DNA of 64,000 nucleotides from positions 1,664,001 to 1,728,000 of the forward strand of contig JASGHJ010000002.1 in assembly GCA_047602405.1 (NCBI GenBank). Direction: 5' to 3'. This document shows, piece by piece, positions 12,200 through 24,836 of the stretch. The translations under genes and the position numbers were made by a program. Under the pieces are notes generated by a model. It saw nothing but the letters and a program-made list of their open reading frames with translations. It was not told the origin of the DNA and searched no databases. The stretch is from Anaeromyxobacteraceae bacterium (GTDB lineage Bacteria; Myxococcota; Myxococcia; Myxococcales; Anaeromyxobacteraceae). Positions within the stretch are counted from its first letter, which is position 1, and each line of letters starts with the position of its first letter.

Positions 12200-13090
12200 A
12201 TGCGCCTCGCCGCGACAGGCCTCGCCCTCTCCGCCGCGCTGCTCGCGGCGGGTGGCGGAGGCTGCACCCGCGGGCCGAAGCCCGTGCACGTCACCTCCGT
12301 GCGCGTCGCGGGCGGGTCGGTGTCGGACCCGCTCAGGGAGGCCGGCCTCGACGGCGCGGCCCTCGAGGCCCTCACCCTCGCCGCGCTGCAGGGCGCGGGC
12401 TTCCGCGCCGGCGCCGGCGACCGCGCCTACCGCGCGCGGGTGGACGTGCTGGGCGTCCGGCTCGGGGCGCCCGAGCGCGGCGCGGAGGGACCGCGGGTCG
12501 AGGTGGCCGTCGAGATCGCGCTCACGCCCGAGGAGGGCAAGCAGGGCGCCGTGCTCCGCGACACCGGCTCCGGCGTCGCGAGCGTCGGCGCGCAGGGCCC
12601 CGGGGAGGCCTTCCGCCAGGCCGTCGCCGCCGCCGCGCGAGACGCCGCCGGCGGGCTCGCGCTCGGCATCGCGGCCGAGGCGAAGCCCGTGGAGCAGGTG
12701 CTCGCCGACCTCGCCTCCGCGGACCCGCGGGTCCGGGACCACGCCGTGCGGGCGCTCGCGGAGCGCCGCAGCCCGGAGGCCGTCCCCGCCCTCGTGGAGC
12801 GCCTCGAGGACTCCGACCCCGACGTGGTGCAGCGCGCGGTGGGTGCGCTCGCGCAGATCGGGGATCGCCGGGCGGTGGCGCCCCTCATCGACCTCGCGCA
12901 GCGGTCCGAGCCCGAGGTGGCGCTGCGGATGGTGCGGGTCATCGGGGACGTCGGCGGCGCCGAGGCCGAGGGTTACCTCATGACCCTCGAGTCGGGCGCC
13001 TCGGACCGGCAGGTGCGGCGCGTCGCGCGGGAGGCCCTCCGTGACCTCCGGGCCCGGGGCGACGGCACGGCGATCGCCCGCGATCGCTGA
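12200..13090 (+). CDS. Exported (putative lipo)protein with HEAT repeats
   Basis: Hydrophobic signal ending in GC; DPRVRDHAVRAL / DPDVVQRAVGAL HEAT-like repeats. Confidence 0.75.
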   Translation: MRLAATGLALSAALLAAGGGGCTRGPKPVHVTSVRVAGGSVSDPLREAGLDGAALEALTLAALQGAGFRAGAGDRAYRARVDVLGVRLGAPERGAEGPRVEVAVEIALTPEEGKQGAVLRDTGSGVASVGAQGPGEAFRQAVAAAARDAAGGLALGIAAEAKPVEQVLADLASADPRVRDHAVRALAERRSPEAVPALVERLEDSDPDVVQRAVGALAQIGDRRAVAPLIDLAQRSEPEVALRMVRVIGDVGGAEAEGYLMTLESGASDRQVRRVAREALRDLRARGDGTAIARDR

Positions 13091-13136
13091 CGCGCGAGCA
13101 CCCCGGCCGCCGCCGCGCTGGGGTACGATGCGCCGC

Positions 13137-13736
13137 ATGAAGCCCGCAGTGGTCTCCGTCCTCCTCCTCGCGCTCGCCGCCTGCGCGGCCGCCCCCGCGG
13201 CGCCGGCCCGCCCCCCGCCCGGCGACGACCCGTCGCCCTACTTCCCGCTCGCGGTCGGCAACAGCTGGACCTTCGCCGATCAGTCGCCGGCGCTGCCCGC
13301 GGCGAGCCGCGGCGCGACGCGGACCGTGAAGATCGTCGGGCGCACGGCGGACGGCTTCTTCCGCGACGACCAGGGCAACGAGCTGCGCGGCGGCCCGGAC
13401 TGCGTCCGCGACCGCGTGCGCCAGCTCCTCTGCGGGCCCCTGAAGCCCGGCACCCGCTGGACCTCCACCGTGTCGGTCGGCTCGACGGAGCGGTACGAGA
13501 TCGTCGCGACCGGCGAGACCGTCGCCACGCCGGCCGGGTCGTTCGAGCGCTGCGTGCGGGTCCGCGCCACGAACCGCGCGTCGGGCGGCGTCGAGAACGT
13601 GCTCGAGACCACCTACGCGCCCGGGGTCGGGCAGATCCGCATCGAGACGTGGGCGCTCGTCGGCGGCAAGGTGTTGCCGCAGTTCCGCGCGGTGCTCGCG
13701 TCCTACCGGGTGAACGCCGCGCAGGGGGCCAGGTGA
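13137..13736 (+). CDS. Putative lipoprotein
   Basis: LALAAC lipobox; YFPLAVGNSWTF, TPAGSF and YAPGVG motifs typical of small exported beta-rich proteins. Confidence 0.7.
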   Translation: MKPAVVSVLLLALAACAAAPAAPARPPPGDDPSPYFPLAVGNSWTFADQSPALPAASRGATRTVKIVGRTADGFFRDDQGNELRGGPDCVRDRVRQLLCGPLKPGTRWTSTVSVGSTERYEIVATGETVATPAGSFERCVRVRATNRASGGVENVLETTYAPGVGQIRIETWALVGGKVLPQFRAVLASYRVNAAQGAR

Positions 13737-15109
13737 TGCGCCCCGCAGCGCTGGCCCGCGAGGTCGGGATCGGGATCGCCGGGTTCGGCACCGTGGGCGG
13801 GGGCGTGCTCTCCATCCTCCGCCGCCACGCCGGGGACATCGAGGCGCGCCTCGGCGCGCGTATCGTGGTGCGCAAGGTGGCGGTGCGCGACGTGGAAAAG
13901 GAGCGGGCGGTCGACCTGCCGCGCGAGCTCCTCACCACCCGGCCGGAGGACCTCGTCGAGGACCCGAGCGTCGAGGTGCTCGTCGAGCTCATCGGCGGGG
14001 TCGACCGGGCCTTCGCGCTCGTGAAGGCGGCGCTCGAGCGCGGCAAGCACGTCGTCACCGCCAACAAGGCGCTCCTCGCGGCGCGCGGGGACGCGCTCTT
14101 CCGGCTCGCCCGCGCGAAGGGCGTCGACGTCTACTACGAGGCCGCGGTGTGCGGCGGCGTCCCGATCATCCGCACGCTCCGGGAGGCGCTCGCCTCCGAC
14201 CGGATCACCTCGCTCCACGGCATCGTGAACGGGACGACGAACTTCATCCTCACCGAGATGGCCGAGAAGGGCGCGGCGATCGCGCCGGTGCTCGCGGAGG
14301 CGCAGCGGCTCGGGTACGCCGAGGCCGACCCCACCCTCGACGTCTCCGGCGGCGACGCCGCGCAGAAGCTCTGCGTCCTCGCGCAGCTCGCCTTCGGCGC
14401 GAAGGTCGCCCCGGGCGACGTGCTCACCGAGGGCATCATGGCGCTCACGCCCGAGGACTTCGCCTGGGCGAAGGAGTTCGGGTACGCGCTGAAGCTCCTC
14501 GCGGTGGCGCGGCGCACGGCCCCGGAGGCCGGCCCCGCCGCCGGCGGCGCCGCCGCGGGCGGCCCCGCGGCGGGCGGCAAGGAGTCGATCGAGGTGCGGG
14601 TGCACCCGGCCTTCATCCCGAAGGGCTCGCTCCTCGCCGGCGTGCGCGGCGCGATGAACGCGGTCGTGCTGCACTCCGAGGCGCTCGGCGCGTCCATGCT
14701 CTACGGGAAGGGCGCCGGCGCCATGCCGACCGGCTCCGCCGTCGTCTCCGACATCATCGACCTCACCCGCAACATCCTGTCCGGCAGCCCGGGTCGCGTG
14801 CCCCTGCCGCCCGAGGAGCCCCGGGTGGCGCTGAGGCCGCACGCCGAGGTGCGCTGCGGGTACTACCTTCGCTTCAGCGTGAAGGACGCGCCGGGCGTGC
14901 TCGCCCGGACCGCGTCGCTCCTCGCCGCGCACCGGATCTCCATCGCCGCCGTGCAGCAGCGCGAGCAGAACGACCAGGGCCAGCCGGTGCCGCTCGTGGT
15001 GGTCACCCACGAGGCGCGCGAGGCCGACCTCGCGGCCGCGATCGCCGAGATCGACCGCGAGGCCACCACGCTCGCGCCGACGCGGCTCATCCGCATCGAG
15101 GCGGTCTAG
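13736..15109 (+). CDS. hom: Homoserine dehydrogenase with C-terminal ACT domain
   Basis: GFGTVGGG, VVTANKA, YEAAVCGGVPII, GIVNGTTNFIL, GYAEADPT, DAPGVLA ACT. Confidence 0.95.
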   Translation: MRPAALAREVGIGIAGFGTVGGGVLSILRRHAGDIEARLGARIVVRKVAVRDVEKERAVDLPRELLTTRPEDLVEDPSVEVLVELIGGVDRAFALVKAALERGKHVVTANKALLAARGDALFRLARAKGVDVYYEAAVCGGVPIIRTLREALASDRITSLHGIVNGTTNFILTEMAEKGAAIAPVLAEAQRLGYAEADPTLDVSGGDAAQKLCVLAQLAFGAKVAPGDVLTEGIMALTPEDFAWAKEFGYALKLLAVARRTAPEAGPAAGGAAAGGPAAGGKESIEVRVHPAFIPKGSLLAGVRGAMNAVVLHSEALGASMLYGKGAGAMPTGSAVVSDIIDLTRNILSGSPGRVPLPPEEPRVALRPHAEVRCGYYLRFSVKDAPGVLARTASLLAAHRISIAAVQQREQNDQGQPVPLVVVTHEAREADLAAAIAEIDREATTLAPTRLIRIEAV

Positions 15110-15114
15110 GCCGC

Positions 15115-15528
15115 ATGGTCCCCGCGACGGTCCGGGTCATCTACGGCGACTCCGATCAGATGGGGGTCGTGTACTACGCGAACTACCTGCGCTACTTCGA
15201 GGCGGGACGGAACGAGTTCATCCGGGCGAAGGGGCTGCGCTACCGCGACTTCGAGGAGCGGTACGGCCTCGTCCTGCCGGTCGCGGAGGCCGCGGTGAAG
15301 TACCTCGTGCCCGCGCGCTACGACGACCTCCTCACCATCGAGGTGTCGCTCGCCGAGGCGCGGCGGGCCTCCGCGCGGTTCACCTACCGGGTGGTGCGCG
15401 ACGACGGGCAGGTGCTCGCGACCGGCCACACCGTGCACGCCTGCGTGGACCGGGACGGCAAGGTGAAGCGGCTGCCGCCGGAGCTCGTGCAGGCGCTCCT
15501 CGCGGGCGAGACGCCGGAGGCCGCGTGA
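15115..15528 (+). CDS. YbgC/4HBT-family acyl-CoA thioesterase
   Basis: VIYGDSDQMGVVYYANYLRYFEAGR. Confidence 0.9.
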   Translation: MVPATVRVIYGDSDQMGVVYYANYLRYFEAGRNEFIRAKGLRYRDFEERYGLVLPVAEAAVKYLVPARYDDLLTIEVSLAEARRASARFTYRVVRDDGQVLATGHTVHACVDRDGKVKRLPPELVQALLAGETPEAA

Positions 15529-15530
15529 GC

Positions 15531-16493
15531 ATGGACCGCAACCTCGTGCTCGAGGTGGTCCGCGTCACCGAGGCCGCCGCCATCGCCGCCGCGCGGCTGG
15601 CGGGGCGGGGCGACGCGAAGGGCGCCGACCAGGTGGCGGTCGAGGCGATGCGGCGGGCCTTCGAGTCGGTCGCGATCGCCGGGACGGTGGTCATCGGGGA
15701 GGGCGAGCGCGACGAGGCGCCCATGCTCTTCATCGGCGAGAAGGTCGGCCGCCGCCACGCGGGCGACCCCGAGCTCGAGATCGCGGTCGATCCCCTCGAG
15801 GGCACCGCGCTCTGCGCGACCGGGGCGGCGAACGCGCTCGCGGTGGTCGCGATGGGCGAGCCGGGGCGGCTCCTCCACGCACCCGACTCGTACATGCAGA
15901 AGATCGCGGTCGGGCCGGGCGCGAAGGGCGTCATCGACCTCGACGCGTCGGTGAACGTGAACCTGCACCGCATCGCCGACGCGCTGCGGAAGGACGTCGC
16001 CGACCTCACCGTCACCGTCCAGGAGCGGCCGCGCCACGAGGCGCTCGTGAAGGCCATCCGCGAGACGGGCGCCCGGGTGCGGCTGTTCCAGGAGGGCGAC
16101 GTCTCGGCCGCCATCGCCACCGGCCTGCCCGGGAGCGGGGTGGACGTGCTCATGGGCACCGGCGGGGCGCCCGAGGGCGTGCTCGCCGCCGCGGCGCTCC
16201 GCTGCGTGGACGGCGACCTGCAGGGCCGGCTCGTGTTCCGGAGCGAGACCGAGCGGGCCCGCGCCGTCGCGATGGGGCACGCCGAGCCCGAGCGGAAGCT
16301 CGGCATCCAGGACCTCGCCGGGGGCGACGTCGTCTTCGCCGCGACCGGGGTCACCGGCGGCGAGTTCCTGTCGGGCGTGCGCTTCGGGCACGCCGCCGTG
16401 CACACCCGCTCCATCGTCATGCGCTCGCGCACCGGCACCATCCGCTGGATCGACACGCTGCATCGCATGCCGGGCCCCGACGCGGGCTGGTAG
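15531..16493 (+). CDS. glpX: Class II fructose-1,6-bisphosphatase
   Basis: RVTEAAA, VIGEGERDEAPML, AVDPLEGT, GGAPEGV, FAATGVT. Confidence 0.95.
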   Translation: MDRNLVLEVVRVTEAAAIAAARLAGRGDAKGADQVAVEAMRRAFESVAIAGTVVIGEGERDEAPMLFIGEKVGRRHAGDPELEIAVDPLEGTALCATGAANALAVVAMGEPGRLLHAPDSYMQKIAVGPGAKGVIDLDASVNVNLHRIADALRKDVADLTVTVQERPRHEALVKAIRETGARVRLFQEGDVSAAIATGLPGSGVDVLMGTGGAPEGVLAAAALRCVDGDLQGRLVFRSETERARAVAMGHAEPERKLGIQDLAGGDVVFAATGVTGGEFLSGVRFGHAAVHTRSIVMRSRTGTIRWIDTLHRMPGPDAGW

Positions 16494-16550
16494 GGGCCTG
16501 GCGCCGGGCCGGCGCCGGCGTTAGCTCACCGTCTCACCCGGGAGGTCCGC

Positions 16551-17006
16551 ATGGCCGCCGTGAAGGAGCAGATCGTCATCGACGTGCCCATCGATTGCTT
16601 CTACGAGGTCGTCACCGACTACGAGGCCTACCCGGAGTTCGTGCCGGGCATCAAGGCGTGCCGGGTGAAGCAGGGCGACGGCAAGGCGGGCGCGGCGCGC
16701 CTCGTCGAGTACGAGCTCGACCTCGGCATCAAGCGCGTGAAGTACACGCTCGGTCACTCGGAGACGAAGCCGCGCCAGGTGACCTGGTCGCTCGTCCAGG
16801 GCGACATGATGAAGGTCTCGAACGGCTCGTGGGAGCTCGAGGACCTCGGCGGGAAGCGGACCCGCGCGCACTACTCGGTCGAGGTGCAGATCGCGAAGCC
16901 GCCGCTCATCCCGCAGTCGGTGATCGACAAGATCTCCGACGAGATGAACCGGGTGCAGCTGCCGAGGATCCTGGCGGCGTTCAAGGCGAGGGCGGAGGCG
17001 TCGTAG
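16551..17006 (+). CDS. SRPBCC / polyketide cyclase (RatA/Coq10-like) protein
   Basis: EVVTDYEAYPEFVPG, NGSWELE; START-fold pattern. Confidence 0.8.
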   Translation: MAAVKEQIVIDVPIDCFYEVVTDYEAYPEFVPGIKACRVKQGDGKAGAARLVEYELDLGIKRVKYTLGHSETKPRQVTWSLVQGDMMKVSNGSWELEDLGGKRTRAHYSVEVQIAKPPLIPQSVIDKISDEMNRVQLPRILAAFKARAEAS

Positions 17007-17110
17007 CCCGCCCGCTCGCGGTGCATCCGACCCACGGTCCCCTCGCGAACCTCCCCGATGGTGGGAACGAGGGCACGGTGTTGCGTGCGCCACGGGCACA
17101 CCGGGTCGCC

Positions 17111-17254
17111 TTGACCCCCGAGAGTGACGGGTGCTATCAGGATCCAGGTCCCCACTTCGGGGCTGCGACGAATCTTTCCAGGGCTCTCGGTCGTCAGAGA
17201 TTCTCGTGAAGGATGGCAGCGGGAGTGGGGAACGCAGCTTGCAGGTTCCTGGAG
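17111..17254 (+). promoter_or_regulatory. Putative sigma70 promoter and long structured 5' leader / sRNA candidate
   Basis: TTGACC-N18-TATCAG, then nested complementary segments (17149-17158/17222-17231, 17162-17166/17216-17220, 17143-17148/17248-17253). Confidence 0.45.
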
Positions 17255-17259
17255 ACGTG

Positions 17260-17448
17260 ATGCTGGACGCGTACGTCATCGAGGAGATCAAGCGCCGCGA
17301 GCGCGAGCGGGAGCGTGACGACCGCCCGGCCATCGAGCTGCCGATCCCTCCGCCCGACGACCGCCGCCGGCCCGATCCGGGGAGCGGCGGCGGCGACGAC
17401 GGCGGGGACCATGACCGCGGGGTCGTGATCATCGACTACGGGTCGTGA
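17260..17448 (+). CDS. Small hypothetical protein (62 aa)
   Basis: GGAG RBS; MLDAYVIEEIKRRERERE...RGVVIIDYGS; GC3-rich codon usage like neighbouring genes. Confidence 0.65.
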   Translation: MLDAYVIEEIKRRERERERDDRPAIELPIPPPDDRRRPDPGSGGGDDGGDHDRGVVIIDYGS

Positions 17449-17510
17449 AGTCGCCCGGGCCGCACGCCGCGCGCGCTTTCTCTCGTTGACCCGGGCCCGT
17501 CTCGGGGTGA

Positions 17511-20316
<2,806 letters not shown>

Positions 20317-20374
20317 CTCCCGTCCCCGAAGGGCCCACGACCGCGGGTCGACCCGAGGTTAGGATTCGCCCGCC

Positions 20375-21313
20375 ATGGCGAGCCGGGTGACCGTCTACGA
20401 GGTGGGGCCGCGCGACGGCCTGCAGAACGAGGCGGCGACCGTCCCGACGGCCGAGAAGCTCGCGCTCGTCCGTGCGCTCGCCGCCGCGGGGCTGTCCCGC
20501 ATCGAGGCCTCGAGCTTCGTCTCGCCGAGGTGGATCCCGCAGCTCGCCGACGCGGCCGACGTGGTCGCCGGGCTGCCCCGGCATCCGGGCACCTCCTACG
20601 TGGTCCTGGTGCCGAACGGGAAGGGGCTGGAGCGGCTCGTGGAGGCCCTCGGCCGGACCGGCCCGGGCGCGCCGCAGGTGGACGCCGCGGTGTTCCTGTC
20701 CGCCTCCGAGACGCACAACCGGAAGAACGTGAACCGCTCGGTCGCCGAGTCGCTCGCCGAGCTCGCCGTGCTCGTGCCGGCGGCGATCGAGCAGGGCCTG
20801 CGGGTCCGCGGCTACGTCTCGACGATGTGGGGCTGCCCCTACGAGGGCCCGGTGCGGCCCGAGCAGGGCGCGACCGTGGTGCGGCGGCTCCTCGAGCTCG
20901 GCTGCCACCAGGTGAGCCTGGGGGACACGATCGGCGTCGGCACGCCCAACCAAACCCGGCGCATCCTCGACCTCCTGCTCGGGTTCGCGACCCCGGAGCA
21001 GCTCGCGCTCCACATGCACGACACCCGCGGCACCGCGCTCGCGAACGTGCTCGTGGGGCTCGAGGCGGGGCTGTCGACGTTCGACGCATCCATCGGCGGC
21101 CTCGGCGGCTGCCCGTACGCGCCGGGCGCCTCCGGGAACCTCGCCACCGAGGATCTCGTGTACCTCCTGCACGGCATGGGGTACGACACCGGCGTCGACT
21201 GGCCGAAGCTCATCGAGGCCGGCGCGATCGCCCAGCGCGTCGTGCGCCGCACGCTGCCCGGCAAGGCGCTCCAGGCGGAGCTCGCGACCGCCGCCCGCGC
21301 CGCCCAGGCCTGA
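20375..21313 (+). CDS. Hydroxymethylglutaryl-CoA lyase
   Basis: EVGPRDGLQNE, SLGDTIG, HMHDTRG, GGLGGCPYAPGASGN. Confidence 0.93.
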   Translation: MASRVTVYEVGPRDGLQNEAATVPTAEKLALVRALAAAGLSRIEASSFVSPRWIPQLADAADVVAGLPRHPGTSYVVLVPNGKGLERLVEALGRTGPGAPQVDAAVFLSASETHNRKNVNRSVAESLAELAVLVPAAIEQGLRVRGYVSTMWGCPYEGPVRPEQGATVVRRLLELGCHQVSLGDTIGVGTPNQTRRILDLLLGFATPEQLALHMHDTRGTALANVLVGLEAGLSTFDASIGGLGGCPYAPGASGNLATEDLVYLLHGMGYDTGVDWPKLIEAGAIAQRVVRRTLPGKALQAELATAARAAQA

Positions 21314-21322
21314 GGGAGACCG

Positions 21323-22096
21323 ATGGAGATCATCGTCGAGCGCCGCGGCGCCTGGGAGCTCTGGACCATCGACGGCGAGGCCCGCCGGAACGCGATCTCG
21401 AGGGCGTTCCTCGCGGCGCTCCGGGAGCACCTGGCGCGCGCCGCCGCCGACCGCGCGCTCCGCTGCGTCGTGCTCACGGGCGCCGGCGACAAGGCCTTCT
21501 GCGCGGGCGCGGACCTCAAGGAGCGGGCGTCGATGTCGAAGGAGGACGTCCACCGCTTCCACCACGACCTCCGCGACGCGCTCGGCGCCATCGAGGCCGC
21601 GCCACAGCCGTTCGTGGCCGCGCTGAACGGCGCCGCGCTCGGCGGCGGGCTCGAGCTCGCGCTCGCGTGTGATCTCCGGATCGCCGCGGACACGGCGGTC
21701 ATGGGGCTCCCCGAGGTCGGCCTCGGCATCATCCCGGGCGGCGGCGGGACCCAGCGGCTCGCGCGGCTCGTCGGCGTGTCCCGGGCGAAGGACCTCGTGC
21801 TGACGGCGCGCCGGGTGGGCGCCGCCGAGGCCCTCTCGATGGGGATCGTGTCGCGGGTCGCCCCGGCGGCCGCGCTCCTCGACGAGGCGCGCGCCACCGC
21901 CGAGCAGATCGCGCGGAACGCGCCGATCTCGCTGCGCCAGGCGAAGCGCGCGATCGACGGCGGCTGGCACCTGCCGCTCGCCGAGGCCCTCGAGCTCGAG
22001 AACCGGCTGTACCAGGATTGCCTCGCGACCGAGGACCGACGGGAGGCCCTCCGCGCCTTCGCGGAGAAGCGCCCGCCGGTCTTCCGCGGAGAGTGA
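21323..22096 (+). CDS. Enoyl-CoA hydratase (methylglutaconyl-CoA hydratase, LiuC-like)
   Basis: [38 protein letters not shown]; cluster context. Confidence 0.88.
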   Translation: MEIIVERRGAWELWTIDGEARRNAISRAFLAALREHLARAAADRALRCVVLTGAGDKAFCAGADLKERASMSKEDVHRFHHDLRDALGAIEAAPQPFVAALNGAALGGGLELALACDLRIAADTAVMGLPEVGLGIIPGGGGTQRLARLVGVSRAKDLVLTARRVGAAEALSMGIVSRVAPAAALLDEARATAEQIARNAPISLRQAKRAIDGGWHLPLAEALELENRLYQDCLATEDRREALRAFAEKRPPVFRGE

Positions 22097-22119
22097 ATCG
22101 CGCAACAGGAGGGGACACC

Positions 22120-23664
22120 ATGGCGGGAGCGGAAGACCAGCACCCCGACGCGCGCATCGCGCGCGAGCTCGAGCGCGTCCGGCGGGGCGGTGCCGAGAAG
22201 TACCACCAGAAGAACACCGAGCAGGGGAAGCTGTTCGTGCGCGAGCGGCTCCGGCTGCTGCTCGACCCGGACAGCTTCGTCGAGGACGGCGCGCTCGCGA
22301 ACGCGGTGGACCCGGAGCTGCCGGCGGACGGCGTCGTCACCGGGCTCGGCACCGTGGACGGCCGGCCGGTCGCGGTCATGGCGAACGACTCCACCGTGAA
22401 GGCCGGCAGCTGGGGCGCACGGACGGTCGAGAAGATCCTGCGCATCCAGGAGACCGCCGCGGCCCGTCGGGTCCCGCTCCTCTACCTCGTCGACTCCGCC
22501 GGGGCGCGCATCACCGACCAGGTCGAGATGTTCCCGGGCCGGCGCGGCGCGGGCCGCATCTTCCACAACGAGGTGCACCTCTCGGGCGTCGTGCCCCAGG
22601 TCTGCCTGCTCTTCGGCCCGTCCGCCGCGGGCGGCGCCTACATCCCGGCCTTCTGCGACGTGGTCGTGATGGTCGAGGGGAACGCCTCGATGTACCTCGG
22701 CTCGCCGCGCATGGCCGAGATGGTCATCGGCGAGAAGGTGACGCTCGAGGAGCTCGGCGGCGCGCGGATGCACTGCTCGGTCTCGGGCTGCGGCGACTTC
22801 CTCGTGAAGACCGAGGAGGAGGCGATCGCGCTCGCCCGGCGCTGGCTCTCGTTCCTGCCCTCGAACCACCGGCAGCTCCCGCCGGCGGCGCCCGCGCGGC
22901 CGCCCCGCGCGGGCCGGCCGGTCGAGGAGATCGTCCCCCGCGACCAGAACAAGGTCTTCGACGTCGCGGAGCTCGTGGAGGCGCTCGTCGACGAGGGCTC
23001 GTTCCTCGAGGTGAAGAAGCTCTTCGCCGGCGAGCTCGTGACCGGACTCGGTCGCATCGACGGGCGGGTGGTCGGCATCCTCGCGAACCAGCCCAAGGTG
23101 AAGGGCGGGGTGCTCTTCGTCGACTCGGCCGACAAGGCCGCGCGCTTCATCTGGCTCTGCGACGCGTTCAACGTCCCCTTGCTCTACCTCTCCGACGTGC
23201 CGGGGTTCATGATCGGCACGAAGGTGGAGCGGGCCGGGATCATCCGCGCCGGCGCGAAGATGATCAGTGCGGTGTCGGAGGCCACCGTGCCGCGGATTTG
23301 CGTGGTGGTGCGCAAGGCCTACGGGGCGGGGCTCTACGCCATGGACGGCCCGGCCTTCGAGCCCGACGCGACGCTCGCCCTGCCGCAGGCGATGATCGCG
23401 GTGATGGGGCCGGAGGCCGCCGTCAACGCGGTCTACTTCAACAAGATCCAGGAGAAGCCGGAGGCCGAGCGGGCCGCGTACGTGGCCGCGCTCCGCGAGG
23501 AGTACAAGGAGGACATCGACATCGTGAAGCTCGCGAGCGAGCTCGTGGTGGACGCGGTGGTGCCGGGGGCGTCGCTGCGCGACGAGCTGGCCCGGCGGTT
23601 CAGGCTCTACGCGGAGGGCCACGAGCCCCGCGCCGAGCGCAAGCGTGGCGTCCTGCCGGTCTAG
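22120..23664 (+). CDS. Acyl-CoA carboxylase carboxyltransferase subunit (LiuB-like)
   Basis: DGVVTG, TVKAGSWG, GPSAAGGAY, DVPGFMIG, RKAYGAG. Confidence 0.9.
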   Translation: MAGAEDQHPDARIARELERVRRGGAEKYHQKNTEQGKLFVRERLRLLLDPDSFVEDGALANAVDPELPADGVVTGLGTVDGRPVAVMANDSTVKAGSWGARTVEKILRIQETAAARRVPLLYLVDSAGARITDQVEMFPGRRGAGRIFHNEVHLSGVVPQVCLLFGPSAAGGAYIPAFCDVVVMVEGNASMYLGSPRMAEMVIGEKVTLEELGGARMHCSVSGCGDFLVKTEEEAIALARRWLSFLPSNHRQLPPAAPARPPRAGRPVEEIVPRDQNKVFDVAELVEALVDEGSFLEVKKLFAGELVTGLGRIDGRVVGILANQPKVKGGVLFVDSADKAARFIWLCDAFNVPLLYLSDVPGFMIGTKVERAGIIRAGAKMISAVSEATVPRICVVVRKAYGAGLYAMDGPAFEPDATLALPQAMIAVMGPEAAVNAVYFNKIQEKPEAERAAYVAALREEYKEDIDIVKLASELVVDAVVPGASLRDELARRFRLYAEGHEPRAERKRGVLPV

Positions 23665-23679
23665 CGAGGTCACCCCACG

Positions 23680-24819
23680 ATGGACTTCGAGCTGCCCGAG
23701 GACCTGAAGCAGATCCAGCGCACCGTCCGCGAGTTCTGCGAGGCGGAGGTGAAGCCGCGCGCCCGGGAGTGGGACGAGCAGTGCCGCTTCCCGCGCGAGG
23801 TGGTCGCGCGGCTCGGCGAGCTCGGCTTCCTCGGGCTCTCCGTGCCGGAGGCCTACGGCGGCGCGGCGCTCGGGGCGCTCGCCGGCGCGGTGGTCATCGA
23901 GGAGGTGGCCCGGTACGACGGCTCGCTCGCGCTCACCGTGGCGAGCCACAACGGCCTCGGCACGAACCACATCCTCCGCTTCGGCACCGAGGCCCAGAAG
24001 CGGCGCTGGCTGCCGGGGCTCGCCTCGGGCGAGAAGCTCGCGGCCTGGGCGCTGACCGAGCCCGGCTCCGGCTCGGACGCCGCGGGGATGCGCACCACCG
24101 CCGTCCGGAAGGGGGACCGCTGGGTCCTGAACGGCGCGAAGACCTTCATCACCCAGGGCACCGTCTGCGGCACCTGCGTCGTCCTCGCGGTCACCGATCC
24201 GGGCAGGAAGCAGCGGGGCATCACCGCGTTCGTGGTCGAGCCGGGCGCGAAGGGGTTCTCGCAGCGGCCCATCCACCAGAAGCTCGGCATGCGGTCCTCC
24301 GACACCGCCGAGCTGTCGTTCGAGGACGTGGAGGTCCCGGACGAGCACCGGCTGGGGGAGGTGGGCCAGGGGTTCATCGACACCCTCAAGATCCTCGACC
24401 GCGGCCGGATCACCATCGGGGCGCTGGCGGTCGGCCTGGGGCGGGGGGCCCTCGAGGAGGCCACCGCCTACGCCAAGGTGCGGGAGGCCTTCGGGAGGCC
24501 CATCGCCGAGCACCAGGCCGTGGCGTTCATGCTGGCCGACGTCGCCACCGAGGTGTCCGCGGCCCGGCTGCTCGTCCAGCGGGCCGCCACCCTGTGCGAC
24601 GGGGGCTCACCCTTCGGGAAGGAGGCCGCCATGGCGAAGCTGTTCGCCTCGGAGGCCGCCATGCGCGCCACCTCGAAGGCCATCCAGATCCACGGCGGGT
24701 ACGGCTACACCCGCGACTTCCCGGTCGAGCGGTACTTCCGGGACGCCAAGCTGTGCGAGATCGGGGAGGGGACGAGCGAGATCCAGCGACTCGTGATCTC
24801 CCGCGAGATCCTGAGGTGA
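23680..24819 (+). CDS. Acyl-CoA dehydrogenase (LiuA-like)
   Basis: [37 protein letters not shown]. Confidence 0.93.
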   Translation: MDFELPEDLKQIQRTVREFCEAEVKPRAREWDEQCRFPREVVARLGELGFLGLSVPEAYGGAALGALAGAVVIEEVARYDGSLALTVASHNGLGTNHILRFGTEAQKRRWLPGLASGEKLAAWALTEPGSGSDAAGMRTTAVRKGDRWVLNGAKTFITQGTVCGTCVVLAVTDPGRKQRGITAFVVEPGAKGFSQRPIHQKLGMRSSDTAELSFEDVEVPDEHRLGEVGQGFIDTLKILDRGRITIGALAVGLGRGALEEATAYAKVREAFGRPIAEHQAVAFMLADVATEVSAARLLVQRAATLCDGGSPFGKEAAMAKLFASEAAMRATSKAIQIHGGYGYTRDFPVERYFRDAKLCEIGEGTSEIQRLVISREILR

Positions 24820-24836
24820 GGTAGATTCTCGCCGCG

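Noticed and set aside
17143..17253. SRP, 6S or tRNA gene
   Set aside because: No SRP domain IV motif or cloverleaf, and too short for 6S; kept only as an unclassified structured RNA candidate.
20839..24513. Long antisense and alternative-frame ORFs (e.g. 1224 aa here, 32688-35750, 46224-49040)
   Set aside because: Shadow ORFs expected from extreme GC3 bias; they mirror real genes and have no recognisable motifs.
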